Of a stretch of 64,000 nt of DNA, positions 38,561-50,203 are shown in pieces. The position numbers and the translations under genes are program-made. The DNA is from Moniliella sp. 'wahieum' (lineage: Eukaryota): assembly GCA_003971905.1 (NCBI GenBank), contig RSEE01000043.1, forward strand, positions 248,001 through 312,000, given 5' to 3'. The notes under the pieces were generated by a model that was not told the DNA's origin, ran no database searches, and worked only from the letters and a program-made list of their open reading frames with translations. Every line of letters starts with the position of its first letter. Positions within the stretch are counted from its first letter, which is position 1.

Positions 38561-40102
38561 GCGTTGACGCGCCCCTGGGCGACGTATCTGACGAATCTGA
38601 TCCTCCTATGCTAGCTTTTCCTGGGTTACTATTGGTACACGGGTCACACTCCAGGCGGTACAAATTTCAGGGGTACCTAACGGAAGATGCGTGTCCGCAA
38701 TGCCCTAGAAATTCTCCCATGCACTCGTCCAGCTCAGTAGATAGCTTGCGGGGCGATGAGTGAAAAAAGTCAGATGACCTGCTGGGCGACAACGGGGTAG
38801 CGACGTACTTATGATCGAACAAAGAGACAGTGATGGCACTGAAAATGCCACTGCAGCGGTTACTGTTATTCAGACTCCCGTTGAGCAAGACGGCGCACAT
38901 CGCGGAGGGGTCAGGGAAGCTCTGATGTGTAAGACACGTCCTATTTCCCTCTGGAAGTCAATGTTGTTCGGTGCGTAGCAACAGAAGCGCTTTTTGATGA
39001 GAACGGGGGCAGTAAGTTTATTATGGCCATATTGCGATGAGAGCAACGCGTGAAGAGGCTGGGCCAGTACGTACCAGCTTGGCGGCGGTGAGCTCTTGGT
39101 GAGAGAGGCTGCGAAAGTAGACTGGAAACTTATGGCACACCAAATCAGCCTGAAAGGCTGCAATTGCGCGCCTTCCGTTGCCTCGCGAAGTCGGGGATAA
39201 GGAGGAAGGATAACAAAGTGTTGAGAATCTTTGTGCAGATTTTAGTCCGTAAGCAACCTAATGGCCGATCAGGCTATAGCCAGCAACCCTTAGAACGGTG
39301 TTCCTATACTGAAGAGATGAGCTTGTCTCGCGGGTTTCACAGAATTGACATGTGTTTCAAGAGATGGCTGCGACATATCAACAGGCTCTGGGTCTGGACG
39401 CCAGAGAATTTGCTGGTAATAGTAGTTAAGAAGTAGCGTTGAATCGTGATTTTGTTTGCTCCAGTGGGGTGACCGATCATTCAGGTTATAGCTCTGTCAC
39501 AGCCATAATAATTCGTCATGGCGGTGCAGAGTAGTAGTAATAAAGGAACAGACCTGTGAGAATAAATACACAATAGTACGGGAGACGCTGATCGGATATA
39601 TTGACTGTGCCTGATTCCGTCGTATGTCACTGAGGGCCCATCGCCGCTGTACCAGGGAGCTATGATGAGAGACCAACAGACGGAGAGCAGAAGAGATCAC
39701 TAAAAGGGAGTTAAACACACCAATGAATCAAAGGGGAAAACAATGCATGGAACACTTCATCAAACAGTGGACGAAACATGGCTAAGAAGAGAATATAGGC
39801 CAGATGTTATTTTCGTGGGAAGTGTGGGCCGAACAAGAGCAACATGGCTATCAGACATCATGCTCCGACAATTCGTTCATGGTGACTATCCAATGGTCGT
39901 TAGTGAGCTATCTTAATATTGGACAAATCATTGCGTTTTTGATTGGATTGGATTCGCGACTGCCTGTCTATTAATAATACCCATCACTGAACTCACGCAT
40001 ACCTTTTTCTGCATTCGCGACCAAGATCAGGTGTACGGACTGGTGGTAATTTGGGCAGCGCACCACAGCAAGCAGTGATTGCATTCCTCCGTTCTCGTCG
40101 TC

Positions 40103-40681
40103 ATGTCGGCCTTCCCTTCACAAGGCTCGTCTCCCGACGGCACACCTCGCACTACCACCACCGACCAGGGTGACAAAACGAAGTCGAATGTAGGCCTGCT
40201 CCATCTAGACCCTTTGAACGCGGATGGTGCCGCCTCCTCTCCCGTTACGGAGCAAGGCACACGCCCTCTTTCGGCCTCCACCAGGCGCAAGCGCATCTAT
40301 ATTTTCTCAGCGGTTGTCGCCACCGTCATTGTGCTGGCCATCGCGCTGGGTGTAGGTCTGGGGTTGGACTGAGTCACTACATACACAAAGATTCGGATGA
40401 ACAACATCGCCCTGGCTCCAGCCCCAAACGTTCTCTGCCTCCTTCTCCGGTGGGAACCACGTTTTTGCGATTCACCCCGTGCCCTAACGTTCACCCAGGC
40501 CACTGTGCCCCTCATGCACTCCTCCCTGTGGGCCGACCCAGAAGGCACAGCACCCAGCAACGCAACGATGGCTGTCGTGGTCCGACATGGGATTGGGCGT
40601 AACTTTGATGCCGCCTTTGCCGCATTGGCCCCCATTCTTGACCTTGGCACGACGGTGCTCGTCTCGCCCAACTTTTACTAA
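40103..40681 (+). pseudogene. 5' fragment of a type II membrane-anchored, probable alpha/beta-hydrolase-like gene
   Basis: RRKRIYIFSAVVATVIVLAIALGVGLGL signal-anchor, then AVVVRHGIGRNFD..TVLVSPNF. Sequence switches abruptly to AT-rich non-coding DNA after ~40700. Confidence 0.5.
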
Positions 40682-42399
40682 CCTACCGACGTGCCTCGGT
40701 TGCACAAGAATGTCTGTAGACCGTTACCTTTATCCATCTTCTCGTCAAACGTCGTATAGTTTTGACCTATGGCAAACTCAGTAGATTTGGGCGACAACCA
40801 AAGAACAATTGTCAGCATGCACCGATCAGGCACAGATCGAATGAACTCGAAAAAAACACAGATATTCACGAAGATGCTCGGCTAGTAATTCATTGTTTAA
40901 GTTCTACTATTACTTGCAAAAACACTGGGCATCAAGCGCATATATTTCTTTGCATACTATGAGTGATACTGATTCTTACCAATTCGCTCCACTATCAATT
41001 GGTAGATGGAATCGTATTTCCGGCACTGCTTGAGAGAGGCTACCATTATATGCCGTGTATTTCAACAGAATATAGATATTGAGCAACATTTTTGAATTCA
41101 TGGCTTATGCAAACAGGAGCAACATGATTCCAGTTATGCGACTATTCAGGATAGGAATAGAAGACGAATTATTTTTTTCCAGGGATGATTCATCGGTTTG
41201 GCATCCAATGACATGCATGTGCGTCTAACGGTCGCGCACGATAGGTGCCAACAGTACATTCTATCCGTCACGCCGGATACGGTATCTGCCACCAGAAGTA
41301 ATGGGTTCTCAGGTCGCTGGTGATGGGCATCAGCCTGCACAATTCAGTAGAAAAGATGCGGTGTATCGTTACTACAGTTCTGAGAGGTCGTTTAGGCTGG
41401 TGTGACTACGGATGCCAGCATGTCCATAATCAAGCGATCACTTTACGCCTATTTATAGAAGTAGTCGAACCTTAGCTAGGACTGTCTTTAGGAAGAACTA
41501 CGGAGAAAATAGAAATGGATAGTACCCAAAAACCACGAGAATTTTACATGCTGGTACGTGCTTGAACAACTTGTCAAGGTTACAACAAATTGACTTTTGG
41601 GTGCACTGAAGTGCCGGGCAGTGTAGGAAAAGGAATCGCGGAAATAACAGGAGGCATTTCTCCCTCACGTTTCTTAGCTCAAACGTGAAGGCAGAGTGCC
41701 CCAGCTCCTGTCAAATCAGCCTTGCCCCTACATGAATTGGAGAACGTATGATTGAATTTGAGGCTGAAACCACGTCCTGCTTGTCCGATGGCGCGATATG
41801 TGTAACAACACGCGTCCTGTATCAGTGAGGTGTGGATGTCAAGGGGATCGGCAAACCAATCCATCGTTCTATCCTCATTCACTCTGTCTACTGGGCCAGA
41901 TGCATTTTGCGTGGTAAAAACAAGTGAAGAGCTGCAGTGAAGTTTTTGGATGCTGTTGCTAGGAGGCATTGTTGGCTCAGCGAACAGTTAAGCGACGTGT
42001 CTGAAACCGTTCGGACTCTGAAGAGGGACGGTGTGGACAACTGTATGCTGTCCTGACCAGTGAGATGAGTGCGGGAGTAGAGCCTGAAATCTGGACTGCC
42101 AGAGTGGATGAGGCTGCGTGGCGAAGATGTTCGATCCTGTTTTTTTCGTCTGTCATCCGGTGCAAATCCCAACTCTCGTGACCAGGTCCCTCCCCCGCGC
42201 GTCATCTCCTCCTTCGAGATTTACGCGGGCATCGCACTCACCCTTATCGGGACGCATCATGGATTGACCGCTTCATGGTCCTGCTGTAGGGGGAGAGGAC
42301 CTTACTTGGGTGGAGCAGTTCGATTCGGAGGTGAATCTTCCTATGGAGACGCACACCGCTCCGGTCTTAGTCTTGGTTTGCGTTTCGTGCGACCCTCAT

Positions 42400-45248
42400 G
42401 AAAAATAGTGAGGCGAGCGCAACCCGGCGCAAAAGGATTTTGAGGAGGTTTCATCGTTACCGGAAGACGGGATCTGCGGCGGACTATTCCGCTAAATTCA
42501 CAGTCCTGCTGTGCATTGCTGGAACCTCAACGTGTCGGCTCTGAGAACGCTACTGGAACTTCCGATTATTAAGGCTTGAAGCCGTAGGTGCATGACGCAA
42601 TCTTCGCCTCCCGCGGCGAGTCGGTTCACTTTGGGCGGATCAGTTTCGAAGAACTGTGCACAACAGCGGCCATTGACATCGATCAATCCCACTAGCGGGG
42701 TGCGTACGGTACGGCTGGTTCCCCGGCATCGGGCGGCAAACATTGGTTTCAGCCTTCACCTCCTGAGGCCAAGCCCATCAGGATCTCACAGTCGACCACC
42801 CCGCCGCGGAAGCCGAACGCCACGTTAGGCTTGCTTCTGCTACGGCTCCCGTAACCACCTCACTGCCGGGTGCCCCACCTCGTAGTCTCCTTCTGTGGCC
42901 TCCACACGGCCCCGCCATGACTGATCCTATCTGACGCGGTCGTGGGGTTTTGCCTTACCTCCCCTCGGTCGTTTACAGTACTCGAGTTCACTTGCATCCT
43001 CTGGCCCTTCGTCTCCCGTCTCCGTCCCTCCAAATTCCGGTTACCGCCTTGGCCACAAAGGCTCTCTGTTGGTGCAAACATCGTTCTCATGGACCACTGC
43101 ACCCCGTTCTCCTCTGTTAATTTGACCCCGTTTCCCTCCACGTTTCCTCCCAGCAAGCCGTCCACTCCCCTCCTCCCTTTCGCGCTCCCCCCCACACCCC
43201 ATCTCACGGTACGCAACAACCTTTCCCATAACTCCCTCCCGGCAGCCTCTGACCGGAGGAGTCTCTACTACGTGCCTCCCCGATCTGGACCGCCTATTGG
43301 CTTTCTCTCACCAAGGCAGTTTGAGCTCGAGATGTAGTCAGGGAGCCTGAACTCATTGTAAGCGTCTAGTCGACAGTGGGTGTCACGGGCTGCGGCGGAC
43401 ACGAGATGGTCCGACCAAAGCTAAGGCCCGCCTGCTCCGCACATGCCCACAGTAGAGCGTGCTCCGCAGGCCAACCAAGTGTGATGATGGTTGGCTAAAT
43501 TAAGTATCGTGGCCGAAGGGCCATGCTCCGCTCGGCAATAGTCGCCCCCCGCCCAAGTCCAAGCCGGCTGGCTTAAATAGGCCACCGAGCTTCCAGTGCC
43601 GTGGCGACGTCTGCCGCCCCGTCCCCGCCCCCGTTTCCGTTTCCTTTCTCGGTCGCGCCTGCGGCGACCAACCCCGCTTTTGACATGTCTTCCTTTCTAC
43701 ACCCCCTCTTGTATCCGTTTCCCTTTTGATCCTGCCTGTACCCCTGGTTGATGGGGATCTTTTCCCCTACCTTCTCGTCCTTCTCCGACGTCATTCTCGT
43801 CTCAACCCCCTCGTCTACTCCTCTCGCCTATCCTGTCCGACTCCCACCCGTTTTCCAGCCAATTGATCCAGTACAGGCAGCTCCTCTTGTTAGCGTTCCT
43901 CCAGCCATTCGTCAGTCCAGTCGCGCGAGCCCTCCTTTGATCGCGTCGATTCCCAGTGTCAGTTGAGGCAGTGTTTGTCCCCCTCTGCCTCCTCCCGTCC
44001 CTAAGTCCCGGAGGCTTCAGACACGTTACTACGGCCCAAGCCGGTGCAGACGCAGCCTTGCCACACGTGCAGCCACCCCACCAAAGGCCTCTCCTCGTCC
44101 CTAGCTGCGCTCGGATACACCAACCAGCCTAAGCCCGAAACTACCGTGAGTCGACCTACCGTCGCCTAAGGGATTGTACCCCCAAAAACCCCAGGGCGGG
44201 GGCCCCCTGGCGGCGCCGGGGCTCGTCTCGTCCGTCGCCGTTGTTGGCGGTTCCGAGATGTTCCCGACGAATCACACTCGCGTATCTGGAGCACATCTGC
44301 CAGGCGGTCCCTCCCAGCTACCCCATTCCTTCCGTAGCGCCTTCTCCAAGTTAAACGGCCGTGGAGGTGCGGCGTCATTATGTCAAAAGTGTTGAGACTC
44401 CAGTCCAAGTACTTACAGATCATGAGGCCATTACTACGTTTCGCCGTCCTCGCCTGTTGAACCGCCGCCAGGGACGATGATGCTAGATTTTCCCCCCTAT
44501 CGCCTTGCTACTATTGTGGTCAACGGCGGTCCCCTTCTACGTCCAGCCTGACTTGGTCGGCCAGGGCGGGTATTTGTCCAGCCAGCGATCTTCTGACGGC
44601 CTTGACTATCGTTACTACATCGGGCCCTTTCGAATTGTCCGTTGTTGGCAGCGCCGCATATCAGATCCGCTTTCCCATTGCGGACTTTCTACACCTTCAT
44701 GGCGAGTTCCATGTGTCCCGCTTGCGTGCCTACACCCCGGGTGACGTGGTCCCTGCCCGTTGTGGCTGGAGTCCCCCCCCCATCCTCTCCCCGAATATGG
44801 TGACGATAATTGCTATTCATCACGATGTCGACACGTCCTCGACTCTCGCCGCAAGGACCGTGGAGGCCACATTCGGCACTTTTTATTTCTTCACTTTCGT
44901 GGCTATTCCCCATCCACGAACGGGAGTGGTATACCGCCACGAACATGTCTCTCATTATCCCGAACCGGTGTTTCGTTTCCAAGTGTCGCTCATGCCGTCG
45001 TCGACTCTCGCCATCTCTCGCCTCCGCCGACGACCGGGATCAAGGTGTGAACGGGGTCAAGGACATATATACTGTTTGCCTATCTCCTCGCTCCCATTTC
45101 CAATTCCTTCGTCCGAGCGTCTCGCTCTTCGCCTGCTCTTCCTCTTGGCACCACATATGTCCTCTGCTCTTGTTTCTTCCCCACGACGATTGGAACGCTT
45201 TTTAACTTAGTCTCACCTCTGGGTCTCTCGCCTTAGCCGACTGTTGCA
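42400..45248 (+). mobile_element. Degenerate, internally deleted Ty3/gypsy (chromovirus-like) LTR retrotransposon with 3' LTR
   Basis: Decayed Gag zinc knuckle CFCYGSRNHLTAGC at 42832-42873 (second Cys to Tyr). Integrase C-terminal GPF motif LDYRYYIGPFRIV / VGSAAYQIRFP..LHGEFHVSRLRAY at ~44600-44733. LTR TGTGAAC..TGTTGCA at 45046-45248. No RT motif recognised; 5' boundary approximate. Confidence 0.8.
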
Positions 45249-45339
45249 ACAGCTATCTCGCCCGTTACGAGCTTAGAAAACCAACACAGTTTTCATGGCA
45301 ACAGATACATAAAGTCTCTTTCTCGATCTGTGACGTAAT

Positions 45340-45435
45340 GGCAATGTGCCCGAGCGGTTAAGGGATTGATTAGAACAGTTGTGTCTAACCATCAATTAGG
45401 CTCTGCCTGCACAGGTTCGAATCCTGTCATTGTCG
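45340..45435 (+). tRNA. tRNA-Ser(AGA) with 15-nt intron
   Basis: Exons identical to the 35073-35165 copy except one fewer G in the GGGG run; anticodon AGA at 45372-45374; intron 45376-45390; TTTTT just downstream. Confidence 0.93.
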
Positions 45436-46346
45436 TTCATTTTTGCCGAGCAGATCGTCTCACCCCATCGTTGTGGCGATACTGGATGGGTACGGACCTG
45501 TTCCGACGCCCACAATGCAGTTGAAAGCGCGTGTCGATCCCAGTGAGGATCCCCGGGGGCATTAACGTGTCTTTTACCGGCATTTACGATCGTATATGTT
45601 TGGGCGCGTTATTAGCCCTCCTGACAACAGGCGCGACCCGCCATCGCGAATGATCAACGTTTACAACCTCTGGTTGCTGTTGAGAGCCAGCCTCCGTCGG
45701 GTTGACTTGGCCGCCTCCAAAGCCGCTAACGTTCGCTCGGTCGTGAGGAATACGTGTTATTGGTGGTCCTCGTTAGCATTATCGAGCAGGAACTAGTGGA
45801 CTGGTCAAGAAAAAATACAGAAAGAATGACACACTGTATCCATCTGTGTCCATCTTTGTATCCAACATCTCTGAATCCAACTCGTCGATCTGAGATATAG
45901 TTCGGTTGCAATGCCATAATCCCCACTGTGACGTGTGGGTTCATCTCGTACGAGTGAACCGGGAGATGGGGTCGCTGTGGGGTAGAGTAGTAGGGCGGCG
46001 AGAGCGCAGGAATGTCACCGCTACGTTCAAGAGCACGCTCACGTAATTGCCCAACGACAGATGGATAGACCAGCTACACATAAAATCTTTCGGGGAAGAC
46101 GCAGAGGGAATCATCTTCAAAGCAAGTATCAAAAGCCAAAGAGCGAACATATGCGCAAGTCAAGGAGAGAGGAGATGGGGTACTGAGGCTTGGCCATCAG
46201 CCAAGCGCAGGATGAGCGAAGGAGTGAGACGGGTATCAGGAATGACCTTCGCCAATGGAGGTCCAAAGTGCAGTGCGACCGAATTCCAGTCCGGCGCTGT
46301 CGAGGCCGCAACCCAAAGGGGAAGAGGAGTAGGAAGAGCAAGAACT

Positions 46347-48171
46347 CTTACACAGGTACCCGGCCACTAACGACTCGTGCCCTCGTGATCGGGGCCAATG
46401 TCATGGCTGGGATACGTTTTGGAGTTCCAGTCCTGTCGGTCTTGCCCTCTAATTTGAGTTGGCGTTTTTGCTGTCGCACTTTTCTTTTTGCGTGCCTCTA
46501 CGCCCGGCTCAGGTGGGAGCGCACAATGACCATTTTGAGTCCTCGGTCAAAGTTGTAGAGACACCGGAGGGCCATACCCACCGTGGTGACCAGCAAAGCC
46601 AGCGCCAAAAGCAAAAAACGGTAAGGGACTTGAAGCTATGCGATGAGGGCAACTCTTCGTGTCAGTAGTCTGTCGCCGTTCATGGGAACCAGCATTCTCT
46701 GGCAGTATGGACAAGGAGGACAGGGACGTACGTATAGCGGTAAATGTCTTTCGACTGATCCGAACTGTTGTGCAGCGTCCAGATTCGTACCAGCTTAAAG
46801 ACAAAGTACGCCATCCCGACCAGCAACCCAACAACCAAATGTACATAATCGGCTTGTTCTCTGCCCGCACCGCCCATTGCGCAACCAGCACCGCGACCAA
46901 GGACAAGGGTGTGGCTACGATGGTGATAATGCGCTCGACATTATGGCCCTCGTCCAGGACAACAATGATCAGTTGAACGCAAAACGTAAAAAAGATGAAC
47001 AGGTCAAACTCTGTGGTGGGGGGGGGGAGAGGTCAGCTGTGGAGAAATGGGAAGGGAGAGGCAGAGAGGGCCGTACTAAGGAGCCACCATAACGTGTAGT
47101 GGAGAAAGCGTTTTGCGCAGGTCGACCGAAGCACTGACGATCGGTACATGCGTCCGCCAAATTCTTTGCGGAGAAAGAAGCTGAGCACAAGGAAGACTGC
47201 CAAACGATAGGCCCAACACAGCGGCCGTCAAACTGGTGTAGACATGGGCCGGGATGCCCATCGTCGATGGGCTGGCCCTGGACGCCACGAGAGAGAACCT
47301 TGCTGATTTCGGCAGTCTGGATGCCGGCATAGACCAGCATGCAGGCATTAAAGATGAGGATCCCCAGATCATGATGAGGTTCTTGTTGACACATGCGTCA
47401 ATGCTGAGGACGACATTGTACACATGAGCAATGGCAAAGGCGGCGAGAAAGGTGGGGAGGGTAGCGGTGATGTTCCGGTAGGCGTCTTGGCTTCTACGAT
47501 GGCGGAAACGGCGATAGAGGATGGCCTCAATGGTGATTGGCTGCGGCCTCGAGGATAGCCATGGCAATCCAAGCGCGTGAGATGTAGGACGATTCGAGGA
47601 GGAGCGGGACCCAGTAGAAACAAGAGAGGACAAAGTGCCGTAGGCGCGAGGGCAGGCTACGGTTCCGCTTTTGCTCCTCGATCTGGCGCAATTCATCGGC
47701 GGTCAGGTTCTGCGGAGCAAAGTCACGCTCGGTGTCATCGTAGTCGTCGTCTTCGGATACGGTGTTGTGGGTGGGGGCGTGGAAGGAGAGTGAACCGAGG
47801 GAGCCGGTGGAGGTATGGGTGGCGTAGGCCTCAACGATCGAGGCATTGTCGTCCTCGCGCGCGCGCAAGTTGGAGGGGGGAGGAACAAAACGGTAGCTGC
47901 CCTCGAGAAGGCTGCTGGAGGCGTCCAAGGCGCTGGCGCTGGCGCTGGCAGGCTTGAGCAGCGAGTCGGCCACGCTGCCGGTCGAGGCGAGTGGGAGCTG
48001 CTTGGCATCGAAGCGGTCGCTCTGCAGGTCGTACACAAGGTCGTCCTGCTCGCTTTCGTGGGCGGGGTGGTAGGAGGGGAAGGAGGCGGCGGAGGCCATG
48101 TCGGGCGACCGGCCTGCGCGCGGCGGGGAGGGCGGCAGCGGCGGCGGCGGCGGCGGCGGCGGCGACGGCAT
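46347..48171 (-). CDS. UPF0658-like Golgi multi-pass membrane protein
   Basis: LPTFLAAFAIAHVYNVVLSIDACVNKNLIMI..FNACMLVYAGIQ; WAVRAENKPIM; YFVFKLVRIW; FKSLTVF; CLYNFDRGLK. Introns present; ends approximate. Confidence 0.75.
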
Positions 48172-48608
48172 GGACGCTGGATGCACACACACAGCAGACC
48201 TCCGCAGGGGCGGCAGTGGAGGCGGCGGGCGAGGCGCACTGCGGGGCGTGGCGCCGCCTGTCAGGGATGCGGTGAGCCTCACCCTTGTGCGGCCACGAGT
48301 GTGCTCCAGTGCCCTCGGCGCACTGCGTCGCACGGCGCTGCACTGGCGGAGGCGGAGCGACAGGCGGAGCCACAGCGACGATCATCCGTCGCGCATCACC
48401 CACCATCCGTCCACAGCCCGCAGCAGCCCTCCAGCGTGGCATACCATGCACCCCATTCCGCGTCTCCGTTCCGCCGGCCACGTGGCCGCGCCGCACCGGC
48501 CAGGTGCTAGGGTTAGGCTTGTTTAACATGTAACACTCCGTCCCGTCCTTCGCCTCTCCGCCACCTCCCCATCCTCACGCTCCCCTGCGCCAGCTGAGGA
48601 CCGCCGCC

Positions 48609-49963
48609 ATGGACGTGCTGTGCGTCCTTACCCCCCTATCTCTTGCCGCCCGCGCTGATGACCCCCTCCCCTCGCGCCAGGAACCAGATCCCCCCCGTTA
48701 CGCGCGCCATGCTCGGCATGGTGGCTCTCGTCACCCTGACGCCCCTGCTCAAGCTGTCTGACATCCGCACGTGGTACTTCGACTGGTTCCGCGTGCGCTA
48801 CGGATGGGAGCTGTGGCGCCCTTGACTGCCTTCTTCTATGCCGGCAGCGACATCAACATGCTTATGAACGCATTTTTACTCTACAACAACAGCAGGGACC
48901 TGGAAAATGGCCGCTTTTTCCGCCGCCGCTCCAGCCAGTATGCCTGGTGCCTGCTCGTCAATGCGGCTGCTATTGTGGTCTTGGCTGCCCCGCTCCGCGC
49001 CCTTTCCTCTTTGGCCCGCTGATGAGCCTTCTGATGGTACGTTGACACGCACGCTCATTCTCTCTGGCAGGGACTAACCTGCGCCCCTCCCGCCCCCGCA
49101 GTACCTGTGGTCGCGCGACAATTCTACCGGGCAAGTCAATTTTTGGCTTCCTCACCTTACCCGCGAAGTATCTTGCTCAAGCCCACCTGTTTCTCGACCT
49201 GATTACCACCGGCCTCGGTGGGGCGGTCACCAGTGCCACTGGCATTCTTGCCGGCCACGCATGGTTGCTCCTCGAAGAGTTTGCTTCCAATGACGATCCC
49301 CGCGCTCGCCGCTCCAGCCTCACTGCGCTCGGCCTCCTTCTTGCCCGCGCCCTCACCCAGCCACCTCGGTTGCTGCAGCGTATCCTACCTGACAGCACCG
49401 ATCCCACCACGGGTACTCCCACACCCACGGGCGGTCCAGGGCGGCGGACCCAGTACGGTGCCGCGTACGCGCCCGTGATGGGGCATGGGGACAAGGTGGG
49501 CATTCGCTCGCTTCGGCCTCGGCTGGTTCCCAAGGCAGCAGTTTTGTCCCTTCTTTCCTTCGTGGCTGGGGTGGTGGGAGCGGGGGGGCTACGACGCCTA
49601 CTCCATCCCGCGATGCGCTCTTGGCGGCGACCGAGCGACGATTGCGTGCCCAAGCGGGCAAAAAGCATTGTGGGTCGCAACCAAAGCTCGCCGCTGCAGC
49701 CGCCCGAGGGGCAGGTATGACCACGCCACCGCCACAGAGGGTGCGCGTACGACGGCCACTTCCACCCCTCGCACCACCTCCGGGGGCATTCACACTCTCC
49801 GCCCTTCCAACCGGACGATCCCAGCCTGCCAATGCCAATCGTCGGGCGGTTCGGTCGCGGAGCAACGGAGAGGCATGCACGCCAGCCTCGGACTCCCGCA
49901 CGAGGGAGAGAAGCAAGAGCTGCCGATCCTTGGCCTGGCCAAGGACAGCGTCTGGGCGAGTAA
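48609..49963 (+). CDS. Derlin (Der1/Dfm1 rhomboid pseudoprotease, ERAD) with C-terminal SHP box
   Basis: QIPPVTR..WELWRP(L)TAFFY..LYNNSRDLE..YAWCL..YLWSR..PAKYL..GILAGHAW; ends WPGQGQRLGE* (TAA 49961-49963). Introns near 48620-48680 and 49037-49102. Confidence 0.88.
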
Positions 49964-50203
49964 CTAAATATATTCACTAGCTCCCTCTCCCTCCCTCTTG
50001 CCTGTCACGAACGATCTGCGTCTGTCTTCACGAAAAATGGTAAGATGGAATGGGAATGAAATCGGCCAGTGCCGCTAGCAAGGTAGGTAGGTTGGGGTTG
50101 GCAAGGGATGAGGCAGGTTCAACGTTCAGAGTTCATAGTTCAGACCGGCGGTGCACCTGCACTCGACCCGCGCCACATGCAATCTGGAACGCAATGCTTC
50201 ACT

